Shown here in pieces: positions 20,341 to 31,316 of a stretch of DNA of 64,000 bases. The notes beneath the pieces are model-generated. The model had not been told where the DNA came from. It made no database searches and was given only the letters and a program-made list of their open reading frames with translations. The position numbers and the translations under genes were made by a program. Numbering within the stretch: the stretch's first letter is position 1; the number at the start of each line of letters is the position of its first letter. Source of the DNA: Methanobacteriota archaeon (GTDB taxonomy: Archaea > Halobacteriota > Bog-38 > Methanoflorentales > Methanoflorentaceae); assembly GCA_963719035.1 (NCBI GenBank), contig CAVRAO010000002.1, positions 32,001 to 96,000 of the forward strand. The letters run 5' to 3'.

Positions 20341-21579
20341 ATGAGACGCTTTGTTCAGCATCTGATGGACTCTGGGCAACTTGAGGTCATTACGAAGGCC
20401 GTTTCACCGATCTTAGAGGCCCCGCGTCTAGCGCAAGGGCGGGGACCAATCCTATTCGAGCGCGTCGGCGGTTGTCGAGCTATCGTAAATCTCATCGGCT
20501 CACGCGCGCTGCTCGCCCACGTATTGAAAGTCAATGAACGGGAACTTATCAGCAAACTGTTACGCACAGCACCTGAAGGAAAAACAACGGTGCACGATTT
20601 CACCTGGGACGTTGAGACCACTCCCGATTTGAGAAAGTTGCCTGTTATGAAGTTCTTTGAGCGAGATGGCGGGCCTTACATCACGGCAGGCGTTCTGGTG
20701 GTAAAATATGGGCAAAGAGTAAACGCTTCCGTTCATCGAATGATGGTCATCGACGATACGTCACTCACCGTGAGGCTCGTTCCTCCGCGTCACGCATACT
20801 TGATGTATAAGGCCAGCGCGAAAAAAGCGGAACCGCTAAACGTCGCCATTGCTATTGGTGTTGATCCCGTCACGCTGTTTGCTACGACAACGAGAGTGCC
20901 GTGCGGTTTTGAATTCAATTACGCGGCGGCACTGAAGGGCGAGGTGCAGCCTCTGATCGAATGCGAAAATGGAGTCCCAGTTCCGCCGAGCGAAATGGTC
21001 TTAGAGGGGCAAATAAGCCCAACAAGAACGGCAAACGAAGGTCCGTTTGTAGATCTCACAGGTACTTACGATCTTGTGAGAAAGGAACCAGTCGTCGAAC
21101 TAACGAGACTAGCTTCAGTTAAAGATCCAATCTATCATTCCATATTGCCGGCCGGCGTCGAGCATTCACTTTTGATGGGCATCCCCTTCGAGCCGCGGAT
21201 ATACAAAGCGTGTCAGGACGTCACGAAGGTCAAGAACGTGATATTGACTGCGGGGGGCCGTCACTATCTGCACGCTGTCATTCAGATAGAAAAACAGACT
21301 GAAGGGGACGCAAGAAATGTCATGATGGCGGCGTTCGCGTCTCACACTAGTTTAAAGCACGTCGTGGTTGTCGATGAGGATATTGACATTTACGACATGG
21401 CTGATGTAGAATTCGCAATTGCCTCGCGAGTCCGAGGGGACTCAGATATCATGATAGTGCCGAACGTTCGCGGATCGTCACTTGATCCCCGAGCACGAAG
21501 TGACGGTACAACAACAAAAGTTGGCATAGATGCGACTGCTCCGCTGAGTGAACGTTGGAAGTTTGAGAAGGTTACCTAA
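20341..21579 (+). CDS. ubiD: UbiD-family prFMN decarboxylase (probably anhydromevalonate-phosphate decarboxylase)
   Basis: DGGPYITAG, EGPFVDLTG, GSSLDP, KVGIDAT. Confidence 0.88.
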   Translation: MRRFVQHLMDSGQLEVITKAVSPILEAPRLAQGRGPILFERVGGCRAIVNLIGSRALLAHVLKVNERELISKLLRTAPEGKTTVHDFTWDVETTPDLRKLPVMKFFERDGGPYITAGVLVVKYGQRVNASVHRMMVIDDTSLTVRLVPPRHAYLMYKASAKKAEPLNVAIAIGVDPVTLFATTTRVPCGFEFNYAAALKGEVQPLIECENGVPVPPSEMVLEGQISPTRTANEGPFVDLTGTYDLVRKEPVVELTRLASVKDPIYHSILPAGVEHSLLMGIPFEPRIYKACQDVTKVKNVILTAGGRHYLHAVIQIEKQTEGDARNVMMAAFASHTSLKHVVVVDEDIDIYDMADVEFAIASRVRGDSDIMIVPNVRGSSLDPRARSDGTTTKVGIDATAPLSERWKFEKVT

Positions 21580-21683
21580 AACGAGACTCACTCGTGAATA
21601 GCTCAGTTTGTACGGCGCGACGCGCGCCCCGTAAATCACGATCTTATGATAAAGGTTATGATTCGCAAAACTGTGCCCTACCT

Positions 21684-22842
21684 ATGCGAACGATGCTAGT
21701 AGTCGAAGGTCAAACTCCTGTTTTTAGTACCACAATTAGATGCAAGTGCGTCTTATCCTCCCTCATCGGCTGCGGTCTTTTATAACCCGACAATGGAGTT
21801 TAGCAGGGACATAAACGTCGCTTGCATGCAGACTCTCACTGATAGTCTAAGTAAGAGCTCTATAATCACGTATCTCGATGCCCTGAGTGCGAGCGGCATT
21901 CGAGGGCTCAGAATCGCAACTGAAGCACATTTGGAAGTGACGCTAAATGATTATAATAAAGCAGCATACCAACTTATTAAGAGGAATGTAAAGCGCTTGC
22001 AGCTAAATGCGTGCGTGAAGCACTCCGATGCAAACGCCTTAATGTCAGAAGAAAGGTTCGATGTCGTCGATATAGATCCGTTCGGATCTCCCGTTCCTTT
22101 TGTTGATGCTGCCTGTCGATCCGCAAGCAAGATGCTCTGCGTGACGGCAACCGACACTGCCCCCCTAAGTGGCGCCCATTTCAACGCCGGCGCAAGGAGA
22201 TACTCCGCACTGCCTCTGAACACTGAGTATCATGCTGAGACGGGTATAAGGATACTCATTGGAAAAATTGTTCGGGAATTTGTCAAATACGATAAATCTG
22301 CGGTTCCTGTGCTTGCGCATGCGACCGAGCACTACTATCGAGTTTATTTACGGATCGAGCGAGGCGCAAGACGCGCTGATGAGTGTTTAAGCTCGCTCGG
22401 ATTTGTCTTCCACTGCTTGAAATGTGGTCATCGCTACGTTACGTATGGGCTTGCACCAGGGCAGCGTTGTGAATGTACGCTATGCGCTGCAGAGCCGGTC
22501 ATTGCTGGGCCTCTTTGGCTTGGATCACTCTACGATCAGTCTTTTTGCCAGAAAGTTCTTAACAACCTTGAAAATGGCGTTTTTGGAACCAAACAGCAAG
22601 CCTCTAAGACGGTTGAGTTGTGTCTTAATGAGCTTGACTTCGTAACGTTTTTTGATTACCATAAGCTGCTGAAAGAGCTCAAATGCCCGCCGATCCCCAT
22701 TGAAACGCTAATGAGTGGTTTAAGGAATATCGGTTATCAAGCATCGAGAACCCATTTTTCAGGTACGTCAGTTAAGACAGACGCTAACGTGGCCACGTTG
22801 AAGGATGTTTTGCGCGATTTGAGCTGCGCAACTAAAAAATAA
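21684..22842 (+). CDS. trm1: tRNA G26 N2,N2-dimethyltransferase; +1 frameshift at ~21721-21731
   Basis: Upstream frames give MRTMLVVEGQTPV|VPQ..VFYNPTME; SGIRGLR, DIDPFGSP, GPLWLG, RTHFS. Confidence 0.9.
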
Positions 22843-22951
22843 AGATCTAGTGACTATCAGGGGCTGATCGTGGGCGTTGATGCGGGGCGCTTTCTAGTGT
22901 AGAGGCGTTTTTCGACAGGAAAATGTTTAGGACGAAATCCGCTGTGAAAGA

Positions 22952-23593
22952 TTACATTCCTAAAGTTTTGCGAATAACTTGAGTGAAAACGAGCGAGCAA
23001 AGCAAGTACCAAACAAGCCATACAGGAAATCCCAAGATAACCCCCCCCGTGTATGCTTGCACTCCAAAGTAAGGGAAGACTATCGTCGGTGATACGTATG
23101 AGAAGGTTAGTTGCCCTTTCTCCATTATGTAACTCAGCCACGCGAACAGTGGAAGCGAAATAATGAGAATATACGGCATTGGTTTCATCGTTTGTGCCTG
23201 AACATCCAAGCTGAGCTGCATCACTTCGGCACGTTCGTCCTCGAGCTTCTTGAGCTTTCCTTTATCTCCTGCGAGTTGAGCTTCACGATAGACCTTCTGG
23301 AAATCCTTCATCTTGGCTTGAGATTGCTTTACTTGCTGTTGATCAACGAATTGGTTAAGGAGGAGGGAAGAATAAGAGCCTGTAACAACGGATAGGAGAA
23401 GGATTGTAATAAACAGCGGCACCTGAAGATTGGTCACTAAACCTCCGAGCACGACGTTCATCGCTTCGCCAATTGGCTGTCGCAAAAACGCGTAAGCTAC
23501 TGTCATAGCTAAATAGAGGAGCAAGAGCCTCGTCATCACGCCAGTCGTACTTTTTTGTGCCATTTCGTGCTCTCCTTTCGCGAGAGTTATCAA
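22952..23593 (-). CDS. DUF106 / EMC3-TMCO1 (Oxa1 superfamily) membrane protein
   Basis: TM helix, coiled coil, MKPM, C-terminal WLVWYLLCS. Confidence 0.85.
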   Translation of the reverse strand: MITLAKGEHEMAQKSTTGVMTRLLLLYLAMTVAYAFLRQPIGEAMNVVLGGLVTNLQVPLFITILLLSVVTGSYSSLLLNQFVDQQQVKQSQAKMKDFQKVYREAQLAGDKGKLKKLEDERAEVMQLSLDVQAQTMKPMPYILIISLPLFAWLSYIMEKGQLTFSYVSPTIVFPYFGVQAYTGGVILGFPVWLVWYLLCSLVFTQVIRKTLGM

Positions 23594-23734
23594 AAATTGA
23601 GAATGTATGCTATAGCTAATTCAACTTTAATCACTACTGTTCAACACGTAAATAAATATGTTACGTGGATCTGCGGACGGGTTTTCGCACTCTTGCTCGA
23701 CTCAACTTTCCATTGAACCGCGCAGATTCGTCGT

Positions 23735-24322
23735 TCAAGTTCCCTTGTTATTTAAATAGCGTTTCGCCACAACGTATATTTCAGCGCTCTGTTTTCTTGA
23801 CGCTCGCGGATTAAAAGACTTTACAAAGCTAAAATGAGCGCTTACCTCGCGTATAAACGTTTCAAAGAGATCTCCTTGAAAGACTTTTACTACAAAATTT
23901 CCTCCCGTTTTGAGCACGCCTGTAGCGATTTTTAAGGCGCAGCTCGAGAGATCGATTGATCGCGCGTGATCGAGGCTCCAAACCCCGCTAAGATTTGGAG
24001 CGGCGTCTGACACGACGACATTGACCTTACCTACGAGCTCTTGGATCCTCTCGACCACGATTTCTGGAGCAGCAATATCGGCTCGAATGGAAGTCACTCC
24101 ATCTAGCGGAGCGATTTGCTGTAGATCAACGGCTATAGCTGTTGCATCTAACTTGCGAATCACTTGGAGCCATCCTCCAGGAGCTGCGCCTAAGTCAACT
24201 ACGACATCCCCCCTCTGGACAATGCGGTAACGTTCCTGAATTTGGAGCAATTTGTACGACGCTCGTGATCGATATCCTTCGAACTTGGCCTTTCGATAAT
24301 AAAAATCTTGTCGCTTTTTCAC
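23735..24322 (-). CDS. rlmE: 23S rRNA Um2552 methyltransferase
   Basis: GYRSRASYKL, DLGAAPGGW, SDAAPN, KVFQG. Confidence 0.95.
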   Translation of the reverse strand: MKKRQDFYYRKAKFEGYRSRASYKLLQIQERYRIVQRGDVVVDLGAAPGGWLQVIRKLDATAIAVDLQQIAPLDGVTSIRADIAAPEIVVERIQELVGKVNVVVSDAAPNLSGVWSLDHARSIDLSSCALKIATGVLKTGGNFVVKVFQGDLFETFIREVSAHFSFVKSFNPRASRKQSAEIYVVAKRYLNNKGT

Positions 24323-24456
24323 GATGTTAGATATCCTCGATACAAGTTATACTTAGAACTAAAAAGCAGTATACAACTCTCCGACCGCTTTTTATATCAT
24401 TCGACTAATAGACCAATGCATCACTCTTAATTAATAAAACGCTTAATGGAGCTAAG

Positions 24457-24975
24457 ATGAATCGACGAATGTGGATTGAGCTTGACGGGTGGCAGGCAAA
24501 GCTCAGGTTCTCAGCGTGCCATTTTATTCCGAACCACCCGAAATGCGGCCACCTCCACGGGCACACATACGCAATAAGCGTGAAGATTGTCGGTCAGCAG
24601 ATTGGCAATTTTGTAATGGACTTCGAAGACCTCAAGAGTTACGTCGGTGAGATCTGTGAAACGCTTGATCACAAGACGCTTCTCGCGTCTCGAGACGAGA
24701 GTACACAAATTACTAGAACAGAAACTGGAGATATTGCCGTTACCGTAGGAACGAGCAGAAAGCGTTATAGCTTCCCAAAGGAAGACGTCGTACTGCTCCC
24801 TATAAACTCTGTAAGCGCTGAAGATCTATGTTCACATCTGCTAGACGAGTTGTGCAACAAACTCGACCTTAGCACATTATCAGAAGTTAGCGTGCGGCTT
24901 GACGAAGGTTTGGGGCAAGGTGCAGGCAGCGTTCGGCACTTTCCGCAGCGGGAAGACGACTTGGGCCTAGGTTAG
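24457..24975 (+). CDS. queD: 6-carboxytetrahydropterin / PTPS family synthase
   Basis: FSACH, CGHLHGHTY, LDH, SAE. Confidence 0.8.
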   Translation: MNRRMWIELDGWQAKLRFSACHFIPNHPKCGHLHGHTYAISVKIVGQQIGNFVMDFEDLKSYVGEICETLDHKTLLASRDESTQITRTETGDIAVTVGTSRKRYSFPKEDVVLLPINSVSAEDLCSHLLDELCNKLDLSTLSEVSVRLDEGLGQGAGSVRHFPQREDDLGLG

Positions 24976-25081
24976 GCGATTTACGATGTTGTTGCGCGTC
25001 CCGTTGGGGATCAAGAACAGCAAGTTATAAAATTGTGTGGAAATATATAGGGTGTTTGGACGGTCATAAGGGAGTAGGATT

Positions 25082-25828
25082 ATGTTTAAAGCTGATATTC
25101 TTGGAGAGACGCTGAAAGATGGTATCGAAGCGTTGACAATAATAGTGGACGAGGCGCGCGTACACTTAGGCAAAGATGGCATTTATGCGAGAAACGCAGA
25201 CCCATCATATGTAGCGATGGTGCAGTTTGAGTTGTCTGCAAAAGCCTTTGAAAATTACGAAACCGATGAAGAAGTTGTAACGCTCGACTTGAAAAAAATG
25301 CAAGACATACTCGAGCTCGCTAATCGCACAGACGTAATCCAAATGGCTATAGACGACAACCGGATGGCATTGTCCTTTGGAGACCTTAAATACACAATAG
25401 CCCTCCTCAGTCCCTATTCGATAAAGAAAGAGCCCAAAGTGCCGAAGGTTGAATCTGCAGCACACGTTGTTATCACAGGAAAAGAGTTCCGGTGGGCAGT
25501 CAAAGCGGCGGGCAAGGTGAGTGATAATATAGCTCTTGGCTGCGTAAATACTGATTTCTTCATGGAAGCACTAGGTGACGCAGATACAATGCGGCTTGAA
25601 CTGTCGAAAGATCAACTCATCGATGTATCGCGTGCAGATGACAAATCAGATGAAGTTAAATCGTTGTTTAGTTTAGAATTCTTGATTGAAATGTCAAAAG
25701 CAGTCGGAAAAGCCTCTGAAGTGTCCCTCGATTTAGGTAAGAACATTCCGCTTAAAGTTGGATTCGATTTTGCTGACGGGAATGGTTCTGTCTCTTATTT
25801 ACTTGCGCCGCGCATAGAGCAGGAATGA
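25082..25828 (+). CDS. pcn: DNA sliding clamp PCNA
   Basis: DPSYVAMV, YLLAPRIE. Confidence 0.96.
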   Translation: MFKADILGETLKDGIEALTIIVDEARVHLGKDGIYARNADPSYVAMVQFELSAKAFENYETDEEVVTLDLKKMQDILELANRTDVIQMAIDDNRMALSFGDLKYTIALLSPYSIKKEPKVPKVESAAHVVITGKEFRWAVKAAGKVSDNIALGCVNTDFFMEALGDADTMRLELSKDQLIDVSRADDKSDEVKSLFSLEFLIEMSKAVGKASEVSLDLGKNIPLKVGFDFADGNGSVSYLLAPRIEQE

Positions 25829-25846
25829 AATAATAGGGCGTGGCAA

Positions 25847-26875
25847 TTGGCCGACGCTAGAAGCATGGAGGAATATTTAGCTCTTTTTCCATACACTTCT
25901 GCGGCAGCGCGCTACGTTGAAGCGTCTGCAAAAACGTTTGAATCACTATTGTCTGTCGGCGAGTTTTCAAAGCGAGTCCTCAACAGGAGCGTTGAGAGGG
26001 TAACACGCGCGATCAGTGGCGACATCAATGTGCCGTCAGTCGGGCACGACGATTACGAGGTTGAGATATTCTCTTATGTGATGGCAAGAGCATTGGTATC
26101 GTGTATCAATGAAACGCTTCTGGTTCAAAGATACGCAAATGCAGAAGCACGAGATGCTTATAACAATTTGCAGCACGCTGACGAACGATCTCAAGACGGT
26201 TATATATTGTCGTTACTTGGCGACTTTCGGATGCCTGCATCTATCAAAAAAAATGCTTTTCAGCTTTATTTCGCAGACGTTATCAAGTATACAGGAAGGT
26301 TGAGAGGCCCTCAATGGCGGCTTGTCAATCTCTTGTACAGGGGTCGCGTGACTCTAGCCAAAGGGGAGATAATCCAGATCTTAGCAGAGGCAGTGCGGTT
26401 GAAAGTGCTGAGCGGCTTGCCACTCCAGCTCAGCGTCAAAATGTGTGAAGAACTCTCCCCTTACACTTCGCCATTGAAAAAAACACTCTCTCAAGTCTTA
26501 CTGCGTCATGAAGACTCTGGCCCTGTTGTCTTAGAAGCGTGCCCTCCATGCATTAAAGCGTTGCTTTTGCAAGTGAAAGCAGGCAAGAATTTATCGCATC
26601 CTGCTCGGTTTGCGCTCACATCATTCCTAGCGAACATCGGTATGAAAGAAGACGAGATTGTACTCCTCTACCAAATGTCTCCAGACTTCGACTACGAGCT
26701 CACTCGCTATCAAGTTGAACATATTAAAGGGAGTTCTGGAAAGGATTATGTACCTCCGGGGTGCTCAACGATGGAGACATATGGCAATTGCGTTGAAAGC
26801 GACAGCTTGTGTCGTCGCATCACGCATCCACTTTCATATTATCGATTGCGAATCAAACGCCCTGATGGGGGGTAA
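25847..26875 (+). CDS. priL: DNA primase large subunit
   Basis: PPCIK, LSHPARF, PDFD, YVPPGC, HPLSYY. Confidence 0.93.
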   Translation: MADARSMEEYLALFPYTSAAARYVEASAKTFESLLSVGEFSKRVLNRSVERVTRAISGDINVPSVGHDDYEVEIFSYVMARALVSCINETLLVQRYANAEARDAYNNLQHADERSQDGYILSLLGDFRMPASIKKNAFQLYFADVIKYTGRLRGPQWRLVNLLYRGRVTLAKGEIIQILAEAVRLKVLSGLPLQLSVKMCEELSPYTSPLKKTLSQVLLRHEDSGPVVLEACPPCIKALLLQVKAGKNLSHPARFALTSFLANIGMKEDEIVLLYQMSPDFDYELTRYQVEHIKGSSGKDYVPPGCSTMETYGNCVESDSLCRRITHPLSYYRLRIKRPDGG

Positions 26876-26982
26876 AGACATCAACGGGTTGATCGAGATA
26901 ATAAGCGTTTTGGGACTATGAAGCTCTGTCAATTATGTAAAGAACTCTTTGGACTGGCGCAGCACAGCGATGGTGGAAGCAG

Positions 26983-28140
26983 GTGAATGCGAGAACTAAA
27001 GCTTTCCTCGAAAGCAAGTTTAGAAAGTACTATCATAACGCCGTTATAGAGCTTCCCCCGAGATTCCGGAAACGAGAATGGGCTTTTGTCCTTTTTGATT
27101 CAGCTTACCCTAAGCTTGTGATGCGACGACACAAAGCTTTTGGCTCGCAGAAGGAACTCTACTCGTATTTAGGGGCAGTATCTCCGGCTCACGTGTACTA
27201 CTCAACAGCTTGTTATGCGCATCCTAGTGCTACACGTATGCAAGAGAAGAAATGGGAAGGGGCAGACATAATCTTCGATCTGGATGCGGACAAGCTCTTG
27301 ACGGATTCTGCGCCGCAATATGCATTTATGCTCATTGCAGTAAAAAATGAAACTGCTAAGCTTCTGGACTTTCTAATGAATGATTTCGGTTTTGATCACA
27401 CAGACTTTAGTATAATATTTTCTGGTGGTCGAGGTTATCACGTTCATTTGCGAGCGGAGCGACTTGCCACTCTCGGTAGCCACGAACGGCGAGAGGTTGT
27501 GAACTACTTGACCGGCACTGGTCTCGCGCCAGAATATCTCTTAAAGCGTACAAATATGATGCCAACATCAGATGATAACAGCTGTTGGGAGATCAGGATC
27601 AGATCGTGGATTGACCGGTATTTCAAGCGCTTAAGCGAGCTTGACGCAAAAACAGCGATTATAGAACTTACCTCTGTAAAAGCTATCGGAAAGCGGCGTG
27701 CAAAAGAGATTGTCGACGAAATGTCGCAAGATTCTACGATCCAACCTCTACTGCAATCGAAACTAATGCCACTAGCAGCGTGGAAAAGTCTAATCAGGGA
27801 AGCCATCTCACAGATAAAGGTAACTATCGACGTGCCAGTCACGGCGGACACGAAGCGGTTGATCAGGTTACCCACGTCTCTACACGGCGGCTCTGGGCTT
27901 CGCGTGACACCGCTGACGCTTGATGAATTCCGTCTTTTTGACCCTCTACACGACGCAGTCGTCTTTTCTGACCATTTCATTTCAGTAAAAATTCTTAAGC
28001 CGACAACAGCTGAACTTAAGGGTGAAACTATTAAGGTTCAACAAGGTACAACAGAGTTGCCAGAACACACAGCCGTCTATCTTATGGCGCGAGGGCTTGC
28101 TGAATATGAATCTCGACGATTTAAAAGTGATCAGAAATGA
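26983..28140 (+). CDS. priS: DNA primase small subunit
   Basis: FDLDAD, FSGGRGYH, IDVPVT, RLIRLPTSLHG. Confidence 0.95.
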   Translation: MNARTKAFLESKFRKYYHNAVIELPPRFRKREWAFVLFDSAYPKLVMRRHKAFGSQKELYSYLGAVSPAHVYYSTACYAHPSATRMQEKKWEGADIIFDLDADKLLTDSAPQYAFMLIAVKNETAKLLDFLMNDFGFDHTDFSIIFSGGRGYHVHLRAERLATLGSHERREVVNYLTGTGLAPEYLLKRTNMMPTSDDNSCWEIRIRSWIDRYFKRLSELDAKTAIIELTSVKAIGKRRAKEIVDEMSQDSTIQPLLQSKLMPLAAWKSLIREAISQIKVTIDVPVTADTKRLIRLPTSLHGGSGLRVTPLTLDEFRLFDPLHDAVVFSDHFISVKILKPTTAELKGETIKVQQGTTELPEHTAVYLMARGLAEYESRRFKSDQK

Positions 28141-28906
28141 AGAACGCCGTTCACGGCGATTGACTGTCTTGAAGAGCGATTTTTACTCTGAGTTTGGAGA
28201 ATACGTCGAATCATTGAAAGACAGTGATGACCCCCAAAAACAAGACGAACTTGAAAACGCGTTGCGAGTCGCAGATGCGATTTATGACAAACGCGCAGCG
28301 AAAATAATCAAGTTAGCGGCGCTCGCAGCAAAAGGACATAAAGAGGCTGTAGAGTTAGCAACAGCTGAGACTCAGATATATGATACGGTTTACCGCGTCT
28401 TTACTAATTATCGCGACTGCTTGCTTGCACAAAAGGAATCCAAAGAAAACGATTCCCCTCGGTCACAAACGGCCCTAAAAGCTGATGAAAACCACGGAGT
28501 TGCTTTGCCACCCTTTAAGGGGGATTCATACCGGGTGAACCTCGACGAAAGCGTTGAACACCCTCAAATGGAGGAGGGAAGGCAGAGTCTGATCGACTTA
28601 AATGAAGAAACGCAAGAAGGTACAGAAGTAAATGAAGAGCGCTACGACGAAAGGACTTTAATAAGAGAACACGAGAATATGAGCTACCTCCAAGTGAGAA
28701 TTTTAACAGACATTCCAACGTTTATTGGGCTCGACGGCGAAAACTACAAACTCGGTGCAGGTGAAACGGTTCTGCTGCCGGAAGGCAACGCCAAAGCTTT
28801 GTCAGATCGCCATGTAGCTATCATAGTCGGTGATAAACTTGAAGATGCCAAAGAAGGTCAGGTCAATATGTCCGATGTGCGGAAAGCACACCATTCAAGA
28901 AGTTGA
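28106..28906 (+). CDS. gins: GINS complex subunit (Gins51/15 type)
   Basis: Helical A domain ([10 protein letters not shown]), acidic linker, B domain [17 protein letters not shown]; syntenic with priS. Confidence 0.8.
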   Translation: MNLDDLKVIRNEERRSRRLTVLKSDFYSEFGEYVESLKDSDDPQKQDELENALRVADAIYDKRAAKIIKLAALAAKGHKEAVELATAETQIYDTVYRVFTNYRDCLLAQKESKENDSPRSQTALKADENHGVALPPFKGDSYRVNLDESVEHPQMEEGRQSLIDLNEETQEGTEVNEERYDERTLIREHENMSYLQVRILTDIPTFIGLDGENYKLGAGETVLLPEGNAKALSDRHVAIIVGDKLEDAKEGQVNMSDVRKAHHSRS

Positions 28907-29120
28907 AAAAGTTCGAAAAGGGCGTGCATCGTCTTTTACGTGGATTACACGCCAAAAAAAGCGGCGAAGCGGTATTGGCAATCTCGGCAAGTTCTCAAAG
29001 GTTCCTGGCGGGGATAAGCCCACCAAACGGGTAAACATCCGCTATCGCTGTACCGAGTGCAACAAAGCACACACGCGAAAGGGATTTCGCGTGTCAAAAT
29101 TCGAGTTAGTGGAGGCATAA
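28839..29120 (+). CDS. rpl44e: 50S ribosomal protein L44e
   Basis: MKMPKK..CPMC, KPTKR..RCTEC. Confidence 0.95.
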   Translation: MKMPKKVRSICPMCGKHTIQEVEKVRKGRASSFTWITRQKKRRSGIGNLGKFSKVPGGDKPTKRVNIRYRCTECNKAHTRKGFRVSKFELVEA

Positions 29121-29123
29121 GTG

Positions 29124-29285
29124 ATGAGCAAATTTCTACGTGTTCGCTGTGCGGATTGTGAGAACATCCAGATCATATTTGGCAACGCCTCATCAGCTGT
29201 AAATTGTATAGTCTGCGGGCGAACCCTTGCAGAGCCGCGCGGGGGAAGGGCGGAGATAAGGACGCAAATACTTGAGGTCTTATGA
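29124..29285 (+). CDS. rps27e: 30S ribosomal protein S27e (not in ORF track)
   Basis: [20 protein letters not shown]...[14 protein letters not shown]. Confidence 0.95.
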   Translation: MSKFLRVRCADCENIQIIFGNASSAVNCIVCGRTLAEPRGGRAEIRTQILEVL

Positions 29286-30055
29286 GAAAAGCCTGGCCAG
29301 AGATCGGAGATTTGGTCGTCTGTACTGTGATTAACGTCGTCGACTTCGGAGCCTTCGTTCAACTTGATGAGTACGACAAAAAGGAAGGCCTCATTCACAT
29401 CTCTGAAGTTGCCTCTGGGTGGGTCAAATACATCAGAGACCATGTAAGAGAAGGTCAAAAGATCGTCTGCAAAGTACTGAATGTCGATCCTAGTCGGAGC
29501 CACATAGACCTTTCGTTTAAAGACGTAAATGAACATCAGCGCCGCGCTAAGATTCAAGAATGGAAGAGCGAACAAAAGGCGGAAAAGTGGCTTGAATTTG
29601 TGGCGGAGGCCACAGGGATGGACAAAGAGGTCCTTTATGATCAACTCGCTGACCAGTTTGGCGGTTTATACTTTGTTTTTGAGGATGCCGCTGCACGAGG
29701 TCAAGAAGCTCTCAAGGGGCTTCAACCAGAGGTTGCCGTACAAATTGAACTTATCGCAAAAGAGAATGTAAAAATACCGTACGTTTATATCACGGGCTAT
29801 GTTGATTTGACCTGCCCGCAACCGAACGGGATAGACGTAATCAAGCGAGCCCTAAAAGCTGCAATGAAGTCTGAAAATGATGAGGTTCGCTTTGACGTGA
29901 GCTATATCGGTGCGCCTCGCTACCGGATAAGAACTGTCGCGTTAGATTATAAAACAGCAGAGAACGCGATGAAAAAAGCGGCAAACGCAGCTACAGAGGT
30001 TGTTATTAAGGCTGGCGGCACTGGAAAGTTTCATAGGGAACTTCAATCATCATAG
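29282..30055 (+). CDS. eif2a: Translation initiation factor aIF-2 alpha
   Basis: S1 domain [13 protein letters not shown]; YIGAPRYRI. Confidence 0.96.
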   Translation: MRKAWPEIGDLVVCTVINVVDFGAFVQLDEYDKKEGLIHISEVASGWVKYIRDHVREGQKIVCKVLNVDPSRSHIDLSFKDVNEHQRRAKIQEWKSEQKAEKWLEFVAEATGMDKEVLYDQLADQFGGLYFVFEDAAARGQEALKGLQPEVAVQIELIAKENVKIPYVYITGYVDLTCPQPNGIDVIKRALKAAMKSENDEVRFDVSYIGAPRYRIRTVALDYKTAENAMKKAANAATEVVIKAGGTGKFHRELQSS

Positions 30056-30082
30056 TAAACTCATAATGGACCCTATCAGATT

Positions 30083-30241
30083 ATGAAACTTCGGAAATGC
30101 CATGGCTACACGTTTCAGGAAAAGTGTCCGACATGTGGGCAACCGACCGCGACGGCGCGTCCACCAAGATTCTCAGCAGAGGATCGATATGGGGGATACC
30201 GGCGAATTCTAAAGCGCGAAATAAAAGCAAGAGCAAGATGA
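30083..30241 (+). CDS. nop10: H/ACA RNP protein Nop10 (not in ORF track)
   Basis: YTFQEKCPTCG..PPRFSAEDRYGGYRR. Confidence 0.93.
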   Translation: MKLRKCHGYTFQEKCPTCGQPTATARPPRFSAEDRYGGYRRILKREIKARAR

Positions 30242-30289
30242 TCTTTTTGATTTGATCGGCTTAATCTTTCTGGAAGAGATGGGATTTAG

Positions 30290-31051
30290 ATGAAGCGAAT
30301 AGAAGTAAAGAATATCAAGGACGTCGAATTGGAAAACCCTGTTCTAGTGGAAGGATTACCTGGAATTGGACACGTCGGGAAACTAGTCGCTGAACATATG
30401 ATAGATGAGCTTGGCGCTGAGAAAATCGCAGAAGTATACTCGTCGCATTTTCCACCGCAGGTGATTGTGCTTGCCGACGGGTTGGTAAGGATGGTCAGAA
30501 GCGAGTTTTATGCAGTTAAGAGCGAGAAGCAGGACCTGTTGATCCTTGTAGGGGACCACCAAAGCGCGACAAATGAAGGCCATTACGAACTGACTGACGC
30601 TTATCTTGAAATCGCAAAGAGAAATAAGGTGCGACGAATATACACGCTTGGCGGTTACGGTCTCGGACAACTTGTAGAGAAACCTGCGGTTCTTGGGGCC
30701 GTGAACAATGAAGCACTAGTCGAAGAAATGAAACAATACGGGGTAATATTTAAGGAGAACGAGCCAGGAGGGGGCATCGTAGGCGCTTCTGGATTGCTAT
30801 TAGGCCTCGGTGGCTTGGCAGGAATTGATGCAGTCTGTTTGATGGGTGAGACATCTGGTTACTTGGTCGATCCAAAAAGCGCTCAAGCGGTATTGCGAGT
30901 ACTATGCAAGGCCCTTACTATTGACATTAACATGCAAGCGTTAGAAGACCGTGCAAAAGACATGGAAAAGATCGTTGCACGGCTCAGGGAAATGGAACAA
31001 ACAGGGATGCACGAAGTGGCAAGCGAAGAGGATCTTCGCTACATACGCTAA
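30290..31051 (+). CDS. PAC2-family proteasome assembly chaperone
   Basis: EGLPGIGHVG, LMGETSGYLVDP. Confidence 0.9.
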   Translation: MKRIEVKNIKDVELENPVLVEGLPGIGHVGKLVAEHMIDELGAEKIAEVYSSHFPPQVIVLADGLVRMVRSEFYAVKSEKQDLLILVGDHQSATNEGHYELTDAYLEIAKRNKVRRIYTLGGYGLGQLVEKPAVLGAVNNEALVEEMKQYGVIFKENEPGGGIVGASGLLLGLGGLAGIDAVCLMGETSGYLVDPKSAQAVLRVLCKALTIDINMQALEDRAKDMEKIVARLREMEQTGMHEVASEEDLRYIR

Positions 31052-31132
31052 TAATTCCGTTAAACGGGCGTTGCGATGGTTATTGAAGCCAGAACACCTG
31101 TTGCTTCTTAATATACACACAGGGGGTTAGTC

Positions 31133-31300
31133 GTGATTCAGGTTAATATTGAAAAATGTGGACACTGTGGCGCTTGTGTGTCAGTTTGTCCCACTAACTC
31201 GATAACGCTTATCGAGTCATGTCTAGAAATTGCAGATACATGCACAGCGTGTGAGACCTGTGTAACAATCTGTCCGGTCGGTGCGCTAGCTATTTGTTAG
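31133..31300 (+). CDS. 2x[4Fe-4S] ferredoxin (not in ORF track)
   Basis: CGHCGACVSVCP and CTACETCVTICP; directly upstream of the geranylgeranyl reductase. Confidence 0.92.
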   Translation: MIQVNIEKCGHCGACVSVCPTNSITLIESCLEIADTCTACETCVTICPVGALAIC

Positions 31301-31316
31301 TTAAGGGGGCTCGAGT

